Origin: a virus
Direction: 5' to 3' (one strand)
DNA length: 64,000 nt
Virus record (IMG/VR): IMGVR_UViG_3300044634_004833
Location: 1-64,000 of that record
The position numbers and the translations under genes were made by a program. Below the pieces are notes generated by a model. It saw nothing but the letters and a program-made list of their open reading frames with translations, ran no database searches and was not told where the DNA came from. This document shows, piece after piece, positions 48,401 to 58,034 of this stretch. The stretch's first letter is position 1. The number at the start of each line of letters is the position of its first letter.

Positions 48401-51400
48401 GGAAATAATATTTTCTTTTCTTCTAGTTATAATTCAACAGATACAGCCTATACTGGCCTTGTTCCAACTACTACAACAACTACTACAACTACTACATCTA
48501 CATCTACATCTACAACTTCTACAACAACTACATCTACAACAACTACATCTACTACTTCAACAACAACAACATCTACTACTTCAACAACATGTGCTCCTGT
48601 TTGCGTTTCTGTAAATAGTTCAAATATGTTTAATCAAACATATTTATCTTGTCCAGATGATGGTTATTATTATGAAAATGCAGAAATAGGTTCTGGAACT
48701 GCTACTCAAGAATTTGCAATAAATTGTACAGGAACAATTAAAGTTGAATGTTTTGCAAATAATATTTTTGCAAATGTAGATGTCACAATAAAAACATCTG
48801 TTTCTTCAACACCTTTTACAGTTGCAGTTAGTAAATCTAATCCATTAAATACAACATATTCTGTTTTATCCGGCGGAACGATTTCTTTTTCTTTTCCGGC
48901 TTCAACATATTTTGGTATTGCAGCAGTAAGTGGCAAAGTATTAACTTATAGACCTGTTACAACGACGACTACTACAACTACAACAACAACTTCAACTACT
49001 AGTACTACTAGCACAACTAGCACAACACCTGCTCCTGTTCCAAAGGTAACATGGGTTCAAAGAACATCCCCTACTTTAAGTACAAAAAATATAGTTTATG
49101 GAAATAACGATTTTATAATTCTAAGTGATTTTAATACTACTGCTTATAAAACATCTGACGGCATTACTTTTACGCCAATAACTCTCCCTATTTCTAATGC
49201 ATGGAATTCAGTCGCTATTGGAACTAATTATTTCCTTGCTTCAACAAATGCATCTCCATATTTTATTGGTTCATCTGATGGAACCAACTGGCTTACAGTG
49301 AATTCTCCTAATTCTACGGATAATTTTACATGTTTGACTTATGGAAATTCAAAATTTATAACAGTAGGGGATAATACTACTTCTTTGTATTATAGTTCAG
49401 ATACAACCAGCTGGACATTAAGCACATTACCAAATGCTAGAGCTTGGACATCTGCAGCATACGGCAGCAATAAATATATAATTGTTGCAACTGGAACAAA
49501 CAAATATGTTTATAGTTCTGATGCAATAACATGGACTGAAGCAGATTTACCATCAGTTGCAAATTGGTCAAAAATTATTTATGCAAATGGTAGATTTGTA
49601 GCGATATCTTCAGATTCAACAATTTCTGCAATTAGTGTTAATGGATTAACTTGGACTCTTGGAACTTTACCAGCAAGTGCAAAATGGACTGGATTGGCAT
49701 ATGGCAATGGTTTATTTGTTGCCACAGCAGATTCAACATATTCTGCTTCTTCTTTCAATGGAATTACATGGGTTGAAGAATTTTTACCTGTTAGCGGGTC
49801 TTATAGCTCAGTAGCATTTGGAAATAAAACATTTTTAACATCTTCATATAATAATACGGTTGCCGCAACAGCATTTTATGGTGCAGCCACAACAACAACT
49901 ACAACTACTCTAAGTCCATATAATCAAAATATATTTGGATATATTTGTGGTGGTATAAATAATAATTCAAGTAATAATTACATGAGTAAAATAGACATGA
50001 TATTCATGTCAACTGGTGTTGTTTATAGTAGTCCAAATCCATTGCTTGTTCCAAAATATGCAGCAACATCTGTAAGTTCTAGTACTTCGGGATATGTTTG
50101 TGGAGGGTCTTCTTCTTCATATCGTACTGGTAATTATTCAGCATCAATAAATAAAATAAATTATAGTACCAATACAGTTGTTTCTATATCTGCATCTCTT
50201 TCTCAGCCCAGCATTCGAGCTTCTGGATTTTCAACTTCTCAATATGGATACATTTTAGGAGGATTAAGAACGGCTCTTGGCTTGAGATCTACAGATCAAA
50301 TACAGTTTTCAACAGATGTGCAATCATACTTTATACAATCAAATCCTAGTTTTTTTGCTGGATGTGGATTTGCTCAAAGTTCTACAAATGGATATATGGC
50401 TGGGGGATTTGTAAACTCATCAGCGAGTACAGGCTGGCAAAATAATAATTATATTAATGCTTTTGGTTTGACAACAGGAATTACATCTCTTGTTTCTTCT
50501 TTTATTTCTGATAATTTTTATGGCACTGGACTTCAATCTGTATTAAGAGGTTATTTTGTAGGTGGAAGCACAGTTAATTTTGTTCCGACCAAAAACACTT
50601 ATGCTCTAGACTTTTCAACTAACACATATTTCTTGAACAGCTATAGCATGTATTATGCGAGATATTGTGCTTCATCTGTTTCTGGAAGCACTTTGGGCTA
50701 CATTGCTGGAGGATCTGATTCTTACAGTGCCATTTCCACAATTGAAGTTTTAGATTTTAATACAGACATTTATTCTCTCAATAAATATGCTCTCACCCAA
50801 CCAACTACTGGCTCAACAGGGAACATGGTATCAGTTACTGTGTCACCTGCAGAGCCACCTCCCGGCGTTTCTTGTTATGTTACAGATTATTATAGAAATA
50901 AATATGATGTTTATGATTTGGGAAGCATTATAGGATACGATGAAGTTTATTCCATTGCTTTTAAAAATGGATTTTCAAATATTTTGACTGCATCTGTAAA
51001 AGATGGAACTTCCAATAAAATATTAGAGATTCCAGTAAGAAGAGACGCTTTAACAAACAATGTTGTTTCTTTGGGAATTCCCACAGTTATAAATACAATT
51101 CCTGATTTAATTTGGGGCAATATGTTTACTGCTCCAAATGGCACTTTGTTTGCTAACAAAGATAAGCCAGTAGCAGACGGCGCATTTACTTTGTGGCAAA
51201 TTAATTCTCTTGGAAATTTTGACGAAACAAATTTGTCTTCAAATGGGATAATTTCTGAGAAGTATGGATTGGGAGGAGTTTCCATAGCTCCAGATTCTCA
51301 CTATGGTTCTGGGAAAGCTGCTGTATTAACTGTTGAAAATTCTTATTTTTATCTTTTTGAAATAGAAGAAACAGTTGATGACTATTATTCTTTTGGAATG

Positions 51401-54400
51401 AGGCAACAAAGTGTTGATTTAGATAATAGCTCATCTGGATTTTCATATGTTGCTCCGAATTCAACTTTGCTTAATGAAAACTGGATATTGGTAAATGAGT
51501 ATGAATATGAAGGAAGAATTGTTGCGTATCAATTAGATTCAGACGGAGTGCCAGACAAAACAACAAGAAGAGTTTTTGCAGAATCTGTAATAGACCCAAT
51601 AAGTTCTGCCGTCGATCCATTGACTGGCGATATTTTAATAACTTATTATAATGAATGTACAGGCAAAAGAGCAATATATGTATTTACTGGAGGGTTTAAG
51701 CCTTTTAGCCCAGCATCTCAACCTGCTGCTCTTGGTGGTTCAGATGGTTATTTTTTAGGCGGCTCTGGTGTTAATGGAGCTACAAATGTTATTGAAAAAT
51801 TAAATTATTCAACTGATGTTACAACTCAATCTACATCTACTTTATCTTACTCTATAAATTCTGCATTTTCACTATCTGATGGAAACATAAATGGATATGT
51901 AACTGATGGCGGTCAGTATTTACAAAAATTAAATTATGCAACAGATATAGTTACATCTAGTATTAATAATTTAAGCAGGCAAAGATATGATGGTGGAAGC
52001 ACATCGTTTTTAAATATTAGCGGTTACATTTATGGAGGCCGATTAACACAAGCTAGTACAGAGGCTCCATCAAGTTATACTGATAAGTTTTCTTATTCTA
52101 CTGGTATATTTTCTTTCTTGAATAATTCACTAGAGCAATTCAAGATTTTTACCACTGGTATTTCGGATGCTGCAAGTAGTGGATACTTTTGTGGAGGATT
52201 TAATGGTGTTGGAGCTACAAATGCAGTTGTAAAAGTAGATTATTCTTCTGATACTTTTTCTTTGTTATCTTCAACTCTTTCTGAAAACAGACAATCTCTA
52301 TCTTCTGTTTCAAGTTTTACAAATTATGGTTTTATCGCTGGTGGAATTTCTTCAAGCGCATCTTCTGTTTGTGACAGGCTTAACTTTAGTCAAGAAACCC
52401 TTATTGCAGTTTCAAGTGCTGCTTTGCCTGTTGCAACCTCTGGTTCTTCGGGTCTTTCTCAGGGCGGAATTAAAGGTTATATAGGTGGAGGCAGCAATAA
52501 AGCTGGACCTACTGCAGCAGTATACAAAATAGATTTTGGCACAGAGCAAACATCTTATTCAACTAATTCTTCTCTTTTAACCCCAAGAAATTATCCCGGT
52601 GCTTTAAGCAGGACATACAGCTTCTTACCTCAAGGATATATTGCTGGCGGAAGTGGTTCTAATAGCATAACTGCTTTTACACAAAAAATAGTATTTAATG
52701 TTGATGCCATAGTGAACCAACCAACAGCATATTTGGCAAATCCAAAGTATGGTTTGTCTGGAGTTAGCAATGAATCAAGTAAAGGTTACTTTTTAGGTGG
52801 CTCAACTACTTTCAATGCTAATAATTTTGTTCCTAGTATTGAAAAAATTACATATTCTACTGAATTAACAACCAGCATTAGTTCTGTCTTAGGAACAGCT
52901 AGAGGGTTTGCGTTTAATGTTTCAAATGTTGCAAGCGCTGGATATATTGCTGGAGGAAAAGGAAGCATATTAACATCAATAGAAAAAATAGTTTATAGTA
53001 CAGATGTTACATCTTTGGTTGGAACGGCATCTTTAGCCGTTGGAACAAGCAATGGTGCTTCTCTGTATTCATCTTTGATTGGATACTTCTTAGGAGGTTT
53101 AACCAATACAGGGGCTACTAATTTTATAAGTAAATTTGTTTTTGCTTCCGAAACAATATCTGGATCTAGTTCGGTACTACCAGTTAATGCTCAAAGTTTA
53201 TCTGGTTTATCATTTTTAGATATTACTGGATATGTTGCTGGAGGAATTGATGGCTACTTAATGGGCTCTGTTTACAGTTTATTTTATTCAACTGATTCAA
53301 TTTCCTCTAGTTCGGCATTGTCTTATGTAAGAAGTGGTTTGACAGCAGTAACACAAGGCATTCAAAAAGGATATTTTGTTGGTGGTGAAAACTCTGCTGG
53401 TGCAGTTAATTATATTGAAAAAATTTATTTTCCGAATGGATATTTAAGCAATGTTCAATCTGGAGATTTTTTACAAAGATTCTTTAGTGGAAGTGTCTCC
53501 AAGTTTTCTCAAGGCGGGGACATATCGTATATAATGTCCGGAATAATAAATGTTGAAGGATCATCAAAAGTAATATACCAAAAAGTAGTTGTTGGTTCTG
53601 GGACTATAGTTATAACAGGCAACACAAGATATTCTATTGATGGAACAATATCTCTTCCTTTAACATATAGAATTTTGGAAGGATTAAATACTGCACTTCC
53701 GATAAACTACCAACAGGGAAGGAAAGTTCTTTATGCGTTTAGAGTTGAAGGAGTTTGTTTAAGCCTAACTAATGGAGAGGCCCCATTTATTAACAATGAG
53801 ATTTTGTGTAATTCAAGAAGCATACAGACAATAATTGCAAGCAATCCAAGAGAAGTTTGTCAAAAGTTAATAGATCAAAATTGGATATGGCCAATAAAAA
53901 GATTTCAGCGTTATACAAAGCCAATTTATAAGGAAGATGAATCTTATTTAGAATCTTTTGATTTATATGATCCAAATGATGTTAGATTTGTTAATGAACC
54001 TTTTTGTACATATAAAGAGTGCTTGGATTTCTGCGCCGATTTTATCATTACAGAAACAATTACCTTGCAAAGTTTTTCTTTATTGAGTAGCAATGCTGTA
54101 ATTATGGAAGGAAATGTTTACGTTTCTGGAAGTGTTGCAATAACTTCATCTAAATTTAAATATACTGGTTCTGGAACGATAATAATAAATGGCTATTTTG
54201 GTGTTTCAACAAGTTGGACTGTAACAAATTATACTGGTTCTGGTAATATTCTTGTAACTGGATCTTCTACAGTTGAATCATCTTATTTGGGAGAATTTGT
54301 TGAAGACTGCACTATACTGTCTGAAATAACTCCAATTGAATTTATTTATGGAATTACATCTGGACTTGAGTTAAAATCAATTTCTAATAATTTGCTTATT

Positions 54401-54946
54401 GATCAATGTGGTTGTACAGATATACAAAGTAGGTTTAATTTAGTTACAAATTTTGATAGAAGGCCATCAAAGTTCACAAACTTTATACTATCTAATAATT
54501 TGAAATTTAATCCAATTTTTGTATTAAATTATAATACTAATACAGGTGTATATTTATATACCAAACAGTTTTTAAACAGTAGTAAAGATGAAAAATGGTC
54601 TATAACAACATCTTTAATGTGTGATACAGATCTAAGCAATTTTGATACTAATTCTATTTGGGTTATGAATTTGCATTTTAAACAATATAAAAAATCTTTA
54701 AATAATAAAACTATTGAAACAAATGTAAGAATTTGGATACCAAATAATATAATTTGTCCAAATATATTGCAAAACAAAATGTCATTTGACATAACAGTAA
54801 ATTTAAATTCTAAAATAGCAATCACTAATAATGGGCAAATTTTAAACAATGTTTATATTAACGACCAAATAGGTCTTTTCTCATCTACATCTTGGACAGC
54901 AGCACCAGATTTTAGAATTTATTATTCAGCTTTTGGAAATGTTTAG
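45467..54946 (+). CDS. 3159-aa modular beta-propeller protein (RCC1, three BNR-like, three kelch-like modules), putative tail fibre or adhesin
   Basis: RCC1 repeats; S.DG.TW / YGNG.FV repeats; GY..GG repeats; five Thr/Ser tracts. Confidence 0.82.
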   Translation: MATGYLYSFGANNHGQLGYGTFSNNSYSFPAIVGTNYNWTEISGGHQCAFAINTAGEMYSWGYAGGGLALGTGATTDQSSPVRIGTSLWSKVSALGRIGGTNAFAIRNDGKLYFWGSLAISPAKNATTPTLLDASTNWSVISSGMGFGFAIKSDGTLWSIGTNQYGQLGLGDTTQRTTLTRVGSDSDWAYVNCGDAHTIAIKTDGRVYGCGQNYYGQLGQGNATNLSVLTQIGTNTWWSKIYAGEHSTLLLKNDGTIWGTGAESDSIFGYAASTNKLNLFQCIKLGGSWSRLALGHLFGIGLKTDGTLWGWGFQPAGYSITPSKTTAYTDYVDITAANNAGYILKTSAIPTTTSTTTTSTTTTSTTSTTSTSTTSTSTTSTTTTTTTTLPPLLTWAQRTRPSNSVTSSSFDTTVQNFVLVGNSTYGILTPNGIAYSTVSLLNNLNWTNVEFGNGIFFAISSPGTSFSKSNDGGSTWINVPSPNTSYQYSALTYGAGKFVTLAKNTNIAYYTTNNGVSWAQSTLPYSANWKSIAYGNNSFLAVDDTNLFALSTDNGLTWSQVNSYTNGTWSEITFKSGYFVVVGTSSNVSLRTSNGYDWIRGTLPVTQDWNSVTSSNDLYVAVGNSAIAASSYDGLTWRTENMPASGNWITVSYGGGLYLASQDSSTIAATAGTAPTTTTTTTTTTTTSTTSTSTTSTTSTSTTSTTTTSTTPIPAPLIWYLGSQPLISSSVCAFGNGYFVLLDNASSSSLRTTNGNVVSVTNTNTNQGWNDLYFAGSFFAVPAGPSSVWETSSAGASWSTISSPNSLGEFKSIAAGGGKFVAPQYNSGNFYYSLDGGATWNLTVNSISSNWKKIAYGNGIFLALSDNNPVWYKSTDGISWVQVVQGDFTTWSDLVFGGGYFYALSSAGKVASTTDGISFYSTNLPSSGNWSSLTVGEDIIAAVASGSETKTSFGYISSLPQWSTALMPVSGDWRFVEYGNNIFFSSSYNSTDTAYTGLVPTTTTTTTTTTSTSTSTTSTTTTSTTTTSTTSTTTTSTTSTTCAPVCVSVNSSNMFNQTYLSCPDDGYYYENAEIGSGTATQEFAINCTGTIKVECFANNIFANVDVTIKTSVSSTPFTVAVSKSNPLNTTYSVLSGGTISFSFPASTYFGIAAVSGKVLTYRPVTTTTTTTTTTTSTTSTTSTTSTTPAPVPKVTWVQRTSPTLSTKNIVYGNNDFIILSDFNTTAYKTSDGITFTPITLPISNAWNSVAIGTNYFLASTNASPYFIGSSDGTNWLTVNSPNSTDNFTCLTYGNSKFITVGDNTTSLYYSSDTTSWTLSTLPNARAWTSAAYGSNKYIIVATGTNKYVYSSDAITWTEADLPSVANWSKIIYANGRFVAISSDSTISAISVNGLTWTLGTLPASAKWTGLAYGNGLFVATADSTYSASSFNGITWVEEFLPVSGSYSSVAFGNKTFLTSSYNNTVAATAFYGAATTTTTTTLSPYNQNIFGYICGGINNNSSNNYMSKIDMIFMSTGVVYSSPNPLLVPKYAATSVSSSTSGYVCGGSSSSYRTGNYSASINKINYSTNTVVSISASLSQPSIRASGFSTSQYGYILGGLRTALGLRSTDQIQFSTDVQSYFIQSNPSFFAGCGFAQSSTNGYMAGGFVNSSASTGWQNNNYINAFGLTTGITSLVSSFISDNFYGTGLQSVLRGYFVGGSTVNFVPTKNTYALDFSTNTYFLNSYSMYYARYCASSVSGSTLGYIAGGSDSYSAISTIEVLDFNTDIYSLNKYALTQPTTGSTGNMVSVTVSPAEPPPGVSCYVTDYYRNKYDVYDLGSIIGYDEVYSIAFKNGFSNILTASVKDGTSNKILEIPVRRDALTNNVVSLGIPTVINTIPDLIWGNMFTAPNGTLFANKDKPVADGAFTLWQINSLGNFDETNLSSNGIISEKYGLGGVSIAPDSHYGSGKAAVLTVENSYFYLFEIEETVDDYYSFGMRQQSVDLDNSSSGFSYVAPNSTLLNENWILVNEYEYEGRIVAYQLDSDGVPDKTTRRVFAESVIDPISSAVDPLTGDILITYYNECTGKRAIYVFTGGFKPFSPASQPAALGGSDGYFLGGSGVNGATNVIEKLNYSTDVTTQSTSTLSYSINSAFSLSDGNINGYVTDGGQYLQKLNYATDIVTSSINNLSRQRYDGGSTSFLNISGYIYGGRLTQASTEAPSSYTDKFSYSTGIFSFLNNSLEQFKIFTTGISDAASSGYFCGGFNGVGATNAVVKVDYSSDTFSLLSSTLSENRQSLSSVSSFTNYGFIAGGISSSASSVCDRLNFSQETLIAVSSAALPVATSGSSGLSQGGIKGYIGGGSNKAGPTAAVYKIDFGTEQTSYSTNSSLLTPRNYPGALSRTYSFLPQGYIAGGSGSNSITAFTQKIVFNVDAIVNQPTAYLANPKYGLSGVSNESSKGYFLGGSTTFNANNFVPSIEKITYSTELTTSISSVLGTARGFAFNVSNVASAGYIAGGKGSILTSIEKIVYSTDVTSLVGTASLAVGTSNGASLYSSLIGYFLGGLTNTGATNFISKFVFASETISGSSSVLPVNAQSLSGLSFLDITGYVAGGIDGYLMGSVYSLFYSTDSISSSSALSYVRSGLTAVTQGIQKGYFVGGENSAGAVNYIEKIYFPNGYLSNVQSGDFLQRFFSGSVSKFSQGGDISYIMSGIINVEGSSKVIYQKVVVGSGTIVITGNTRYSIDGTISLPLTYRILEGLNTALPINYQQGRKVLYAFRVEGVCLSLTNGEAPFINNEILCNSRSIQTIIASNPREVCQKLIDQNWIWPIKRFQRYTKPIYKEDESYLESFDLYDPNDVRFVNEPFCTYKECLDFCADFIITETITLQSFSLLSSNAVIMEGNVYVSGSVAITSSKFKYTGSGTIIINGYFGVSTSWTVTNYTGSGNILVTGSSTVESSYLGEFVEDCTILSEITPIEFIYGITSGLELKSISNNLLIDQCGCTDIQSRFNLVTNFDRRPSKFTNFILSNNLKFNPIFVLNYNTNTGVYLYTKQFLNSSKDEKWSITTSLMCDTDLSNFDTNSIWVMNLHFKQYKKSLNNKTIETNVRIWIPNNIICPNILQNKMSFDITVNLNSKIAITNNGQILNNVYINDQIGLFSSTSWTAAPDFRIYYSAFGNV

Positions 54947-54966
54947 CCAAATGTATAAAATATTTT

Positions 54967-55323
54967 ATGGAAGAAATTAGCCTAGAATGTTTTTTTATAC
55001 TCCTGATTAGCATCGCTTCTTTTGCGTTGTCTTTTATTAATTTTTTTTACATTTTAAAATTTAGAAAATTTTATGAAGATGTTAATAAAGATTATGTTCA
55101 GGCATTATCAAGCATTATGAAAGTTACGAACGATGGTTTTCGCAATAATTTTGCAAGTTTAGAAGCTATACAAAAATGGAATGAAAAGGCATTTGAAAAA
55201 AAAGTTGAGATAGATAATGAAAACGCAAAAAAAATAATTGATGCAATTGCAAGAGAACAAAATTTTTTGAGCAAGATAGGAGAGCAATTAGGCTATAGGC
55301 CAAGAACTGATTTAGAGATTTGA
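54967..55323 (+). CDS. membrane-anchored protein
   Basis: N-terminal TM helix followed by a helical region. Confidence 0.6.
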   Translation: MEEISLECFFILLISIASFALSFINFFYILKFRKFYEDVNKDYVQALSSIMKVTNDGFRNNFASLEAIQKWNEKAFEKKVEIDNENAKKIIDAIAREQNFLSKIGEQLGYRPRTDLEI

Positions 55324-55324
55324 T

Positions 55325-56251
55325 ATGGAATTGAAAAATTTAAAATTTGACACAAACAGGTGTTTTGGTGTTGAGATAGAAGTTGGAAAAGAAGTTAATA
55401 GAGATTTAATTATAAATTTTATAAAGTCTAATACACACAGATATGTTAAAAAAAGCTTCTATAGACCAACAATAAATAATTCTTATTGGGATGTAAAACA
55501 TGATGGTTCATGTGGTGCTAAGTACATAAATGGAATAAATGAAGGTGGATTTGAGATTAATAGCTATAAAGCTTCTGGTATTTATCAATTAAAAGATATT
55601 TGTTATGTTATTTCAAAACTAAAAACTATAGGAGTAAAAGTAAACAGTAACTGCGGATTTCATGTTCATGTTGAAGTTTCTGATTTTGATACAGACGATG
55701 TTGGAACTCTTCTTAATAATTGGATATATGTTGAAAATATGATATTTTCATGTGTTCCTAAAAAAAGAAAAGATAACAAGTATTGTCAAAGAATAGCATT
55801 TGATTATAATTTATCTAAAGATGATTTTAAAAAACCAATAGATTTTTGGAATTTATATAAGCCAAAAACAACAACTTTGAATAATTTTGATCGTAAAAGA
55901 TCTTTGAATATAAATAATTATTATCGTTCAATTTCATTAAAAAAATTTAATAGAAAAACAATAGAGTTTAGATTTATGGAAAGCACTTTATGTGAAAAGA
56001 ATATTAAAAACTGGGTAAGATTTTTAGTTCACTTTGTAGGTTTTTGCAAGAATAGAAAAAAAATATTTCATGGGCCTTTTATTAATGATGTTGAAGAATT
56101 TTTAAATTCAGTTGGACTTGGAAGTTTAAATAATGGGTGGTGCCTTAGTCCTGGATTATTAGAAACTAGAAAATGGGTTCTACAAAGACTTTCAAGACAT
56201 GGTACTATTTTTAAAAAAGAAGCAAAATTAATTCTTGGGGGAGAAATCTAG
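55325..56251 (+). CDS. putative amidoligase (COOH-NH2 ligase family)
   Basis: FGVEIE, W....DGS, FE..S, CGFHVH, TIEFR. Confidence 0.85.
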   Translation: MELKNLKFDTNRCFGVEIEVGKEVNRDLIINFIKSNTHRYVKKSFYRPTINNSYWDVKHDGSCGAKYINGINEGGFEINSYKASGIYQLKDICYVISKLKTIGVKVNSNCGFHVHVEVSDFDTDDVGTLLNNWIYVENMIFSCVPKKRKDNKYCQRIAFDYNLSKDDFKKPIDFWNLYKPKTTTLNNFDRKRSLNINNYYRSISLKKFNRKTIEFRFMESTLCEKNIKNWVRFLVHFVGFCKNRKKIFHGPFINDVEEFLNSVGLGSLNNGWCLSPGLLETRKWVLQRLSRHGTIFKKEAKLILGGEI

Positions 56252-56478
56252 TGAAAGATAAGAATGAATACAAATACCAATTATACAGCAACTTTTGCAA
56301 TAAGTATAAGAATATAAACAGGCAAATTATTTTTAAAACTGTAGATATGGCTTCTTCTCCTGGAAAAGCGTTTGACATTCTAGAAGAATTTATATCAGAA
56401 TTCCCAATTTCTTTTAATTTAGAAAAGAATGTATGGGAACCAGAAGTGCTTCTTGAATTTGAAATTTCTCAAGGTTAA
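56251..56478 (+). CDS. hypothetical protein
   Basis: 75-aa ORF. Confidence 0.55.
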   Translation: MKDKNEYKYQLYSNFCNKYKNINRQIIFKTVDMASSPGKAFDILEEFISEFPISFNLEKNVWEPEVLLEFEISQG

Positions 56479-56480
56479 AT

Positions 56481-57065
56481 ATGCTTTTATATGAAAAATA
56501 TTTGTTAAAAATAAACAAAAACAAATATACATTTCCTCTTATTGAAAGCAATGGTATTATTGCATATGAATTGGATTTAGAAAATAGAAAAAAAGTTTTT
56601 TTTATAAAATTTACATCATCTAGTCAAAAAAATAATTTAATTAAATATAATTTTAAGTATTTCGAAACAAAGTCAGATTCATATGGATGTAATTACTTAA
56701 ATAATTATTTTAATGAAGTTGATTACAACAATTATTTTAGTTGCATTGAAAATATTAAAATTAAAATTAAAAAAGAAAAGCATAGGGTTGCAGCATCATA
56801 TGATGAATTTTTTTGTATGATATGGAAGTCTTTTTTGATGATTAATGATGAATGGTTTAGTGAAAATTATTCTAAATTGTCTGGAAAAATTTTTGATACA
56901 ATTGATGATAATTTATCTTTTTCAGAAAAAACAGATAATATAAACGAGATAATTAATTCTTTTAAAACAAATTTTTATCAAATTTATTATGGATGGACTG
57001 TGCATATTTCTAATTTTAGTGATGTTACGCATTTAAAATGGTTTAATGAATTTGTGGAGAATTAA
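56481..57065 (+). CDS. hypothetical protein
   Basis: 194-aa ORF. Confidence 0.55.
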   Translation: MLLYEKYLLKINKNKYTFPLIESNGIIAYELDLENRKKVFFIKFTSSSQKNNLIKYNFKYFETKSDSYGCNYLNNYFNEVDYNNYFSCIENIKIKIKKEKHRVAASYDEFFCMIWKSFLMINDEWFSENYSKLSGKIFDTIDDNLSFSEKTDNINEIINSFKTNFYQIYYGWTVHISNFSDVTHLKWFNEFVEN

Positions 57066-57710
57066 ATGTTTGAAACTGATAAAGTTTTTACAATTAGAAC
57101 ATTAAACATGTGTGAAAGCATTGGTTATTTTTGCATAATTAGAACAGACAGTTCTAATGCACTTTATTGGGATAGTTGTAGAGAAATTTTTGCAAAGAAT
57201 TTTAATTATAATTCATATGGATTTTATTATGTTGTAGATATTAAAAAAGTAGATTATATTTTATCATTTTTAATAGAGGCAGAAAAAGTTTTAAATCTTA
57301 AGGAATTCACAAAGTTTTATAGAACAAATAAAGAAAGCATTATAGCTATAATTCCTTCAAGCTTTTGGATGAAATGTTTTTTAAAAAGATCTTTTTTTAC
57401 ATTACTTTGTAGAGTTGCTTTTTTTCATAATAAAGATTCAACTTTTGAAGAGACTTTGTTTTCAGATGTTGATTGTAAAGTTGAATCAAAAATTGATTCT
57501 AATAAAAAAGATGTTGTAAAAACTAAAAGTGCAGTACTTAGATTTTTTTTAGGATATACCAAATTTTCAGGTGCTGTATTAGCAACGCCTGAACTTGGAC
57601 CTTGGAAACATGGATGGGTAGAAGAGTTTTTAAATAAAACAGACAGCCAAATCAAAAGGTTATTAGTAGCCGAAAATATGAGTTTGGCAAATATTTTGTT
57701 TTCCGATTGA
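57066..57710 (+). CDS. hypothetical protein, paralog of 28445..29011
   Basis: shared motifs W..CREIF, SSFW, TK.AV. Confidence 0.7.
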   Translation: MFETDKVFTIRTLNMCESIGYFCIIRTDSSNALYWDSCREIFAKNFNYNSYGFYYVVDIKKVDYILSFLIEAEKVLNLKEFTKFYRTNKESIIAIIPSSFWMKCFLKRSFFTLLCRVAFFHNKDSTFEETLFSDVDCKVESKIDSNKKDVVKTKSAVLRFFLGYTKFSGAVLATPELGPWKHGWVEEFLNKTDSQIKRLLVAENMSLANILFSD

Positions 57711-57866
57711 ATTTAATTTTTTTTGTAGTATGGAATGCAAATACAATTTTTATTGAAAAATCATAAAAATATTTGAAATTTATCAACAATAAACATAAAA
57801 TTGGAATAAGTTGAAATTAAATGGAAAAAATAGTAAAAAATTGGAAATGAGGAACATAGATAAATT

Positions 57867-58034
57867 ATGGAAATTATTTTAGTCAATATAAGCAAAGCAG
57901 CAAAGATTCTTGGTGTAACAACCAAAACTCTAAGAAACTGGGAAGATCAAGGCAAATTAAAACCTGTTAGAACTTTAGGCAAGCATCGCAGATATAACTT
58001 AGAGGAAATAAAGGCTTTGTTTCAAGAAAAATGA
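57867..58034 (+). CDS. 55-aa MerR-like HTH (IS607 TnpA N-domain only); not in the ORF track
   Basis: MEIILVNISKAAKILGVTTKTLRNWEDQGKLKPVRTLGKHRRYNLEEIKALFQEK; ATGA-coupled to tnpB. Confidence 0.85.
   Translation: MEIILVNISKAAKILGVTTKTLRNWEDQGKLKPVRTLGKHRRYNLEEIKALFQEK

Noticed and set aside
47374-48614. Alternative-frame ORFs rich in Y/N or L/Q within the giant gene
   Set aside because: Shadows of the Thr/Ser codon repeats.
57711-57866. ATTGAAA/TTGGAA words upstream of the TnpB/Cas12f-like gene as a CRISPR mini-array
   Set aside because: No repeats of 25-37 bp with regular spacers; the short words fit IS607-type end repeats or AT-rich background better.
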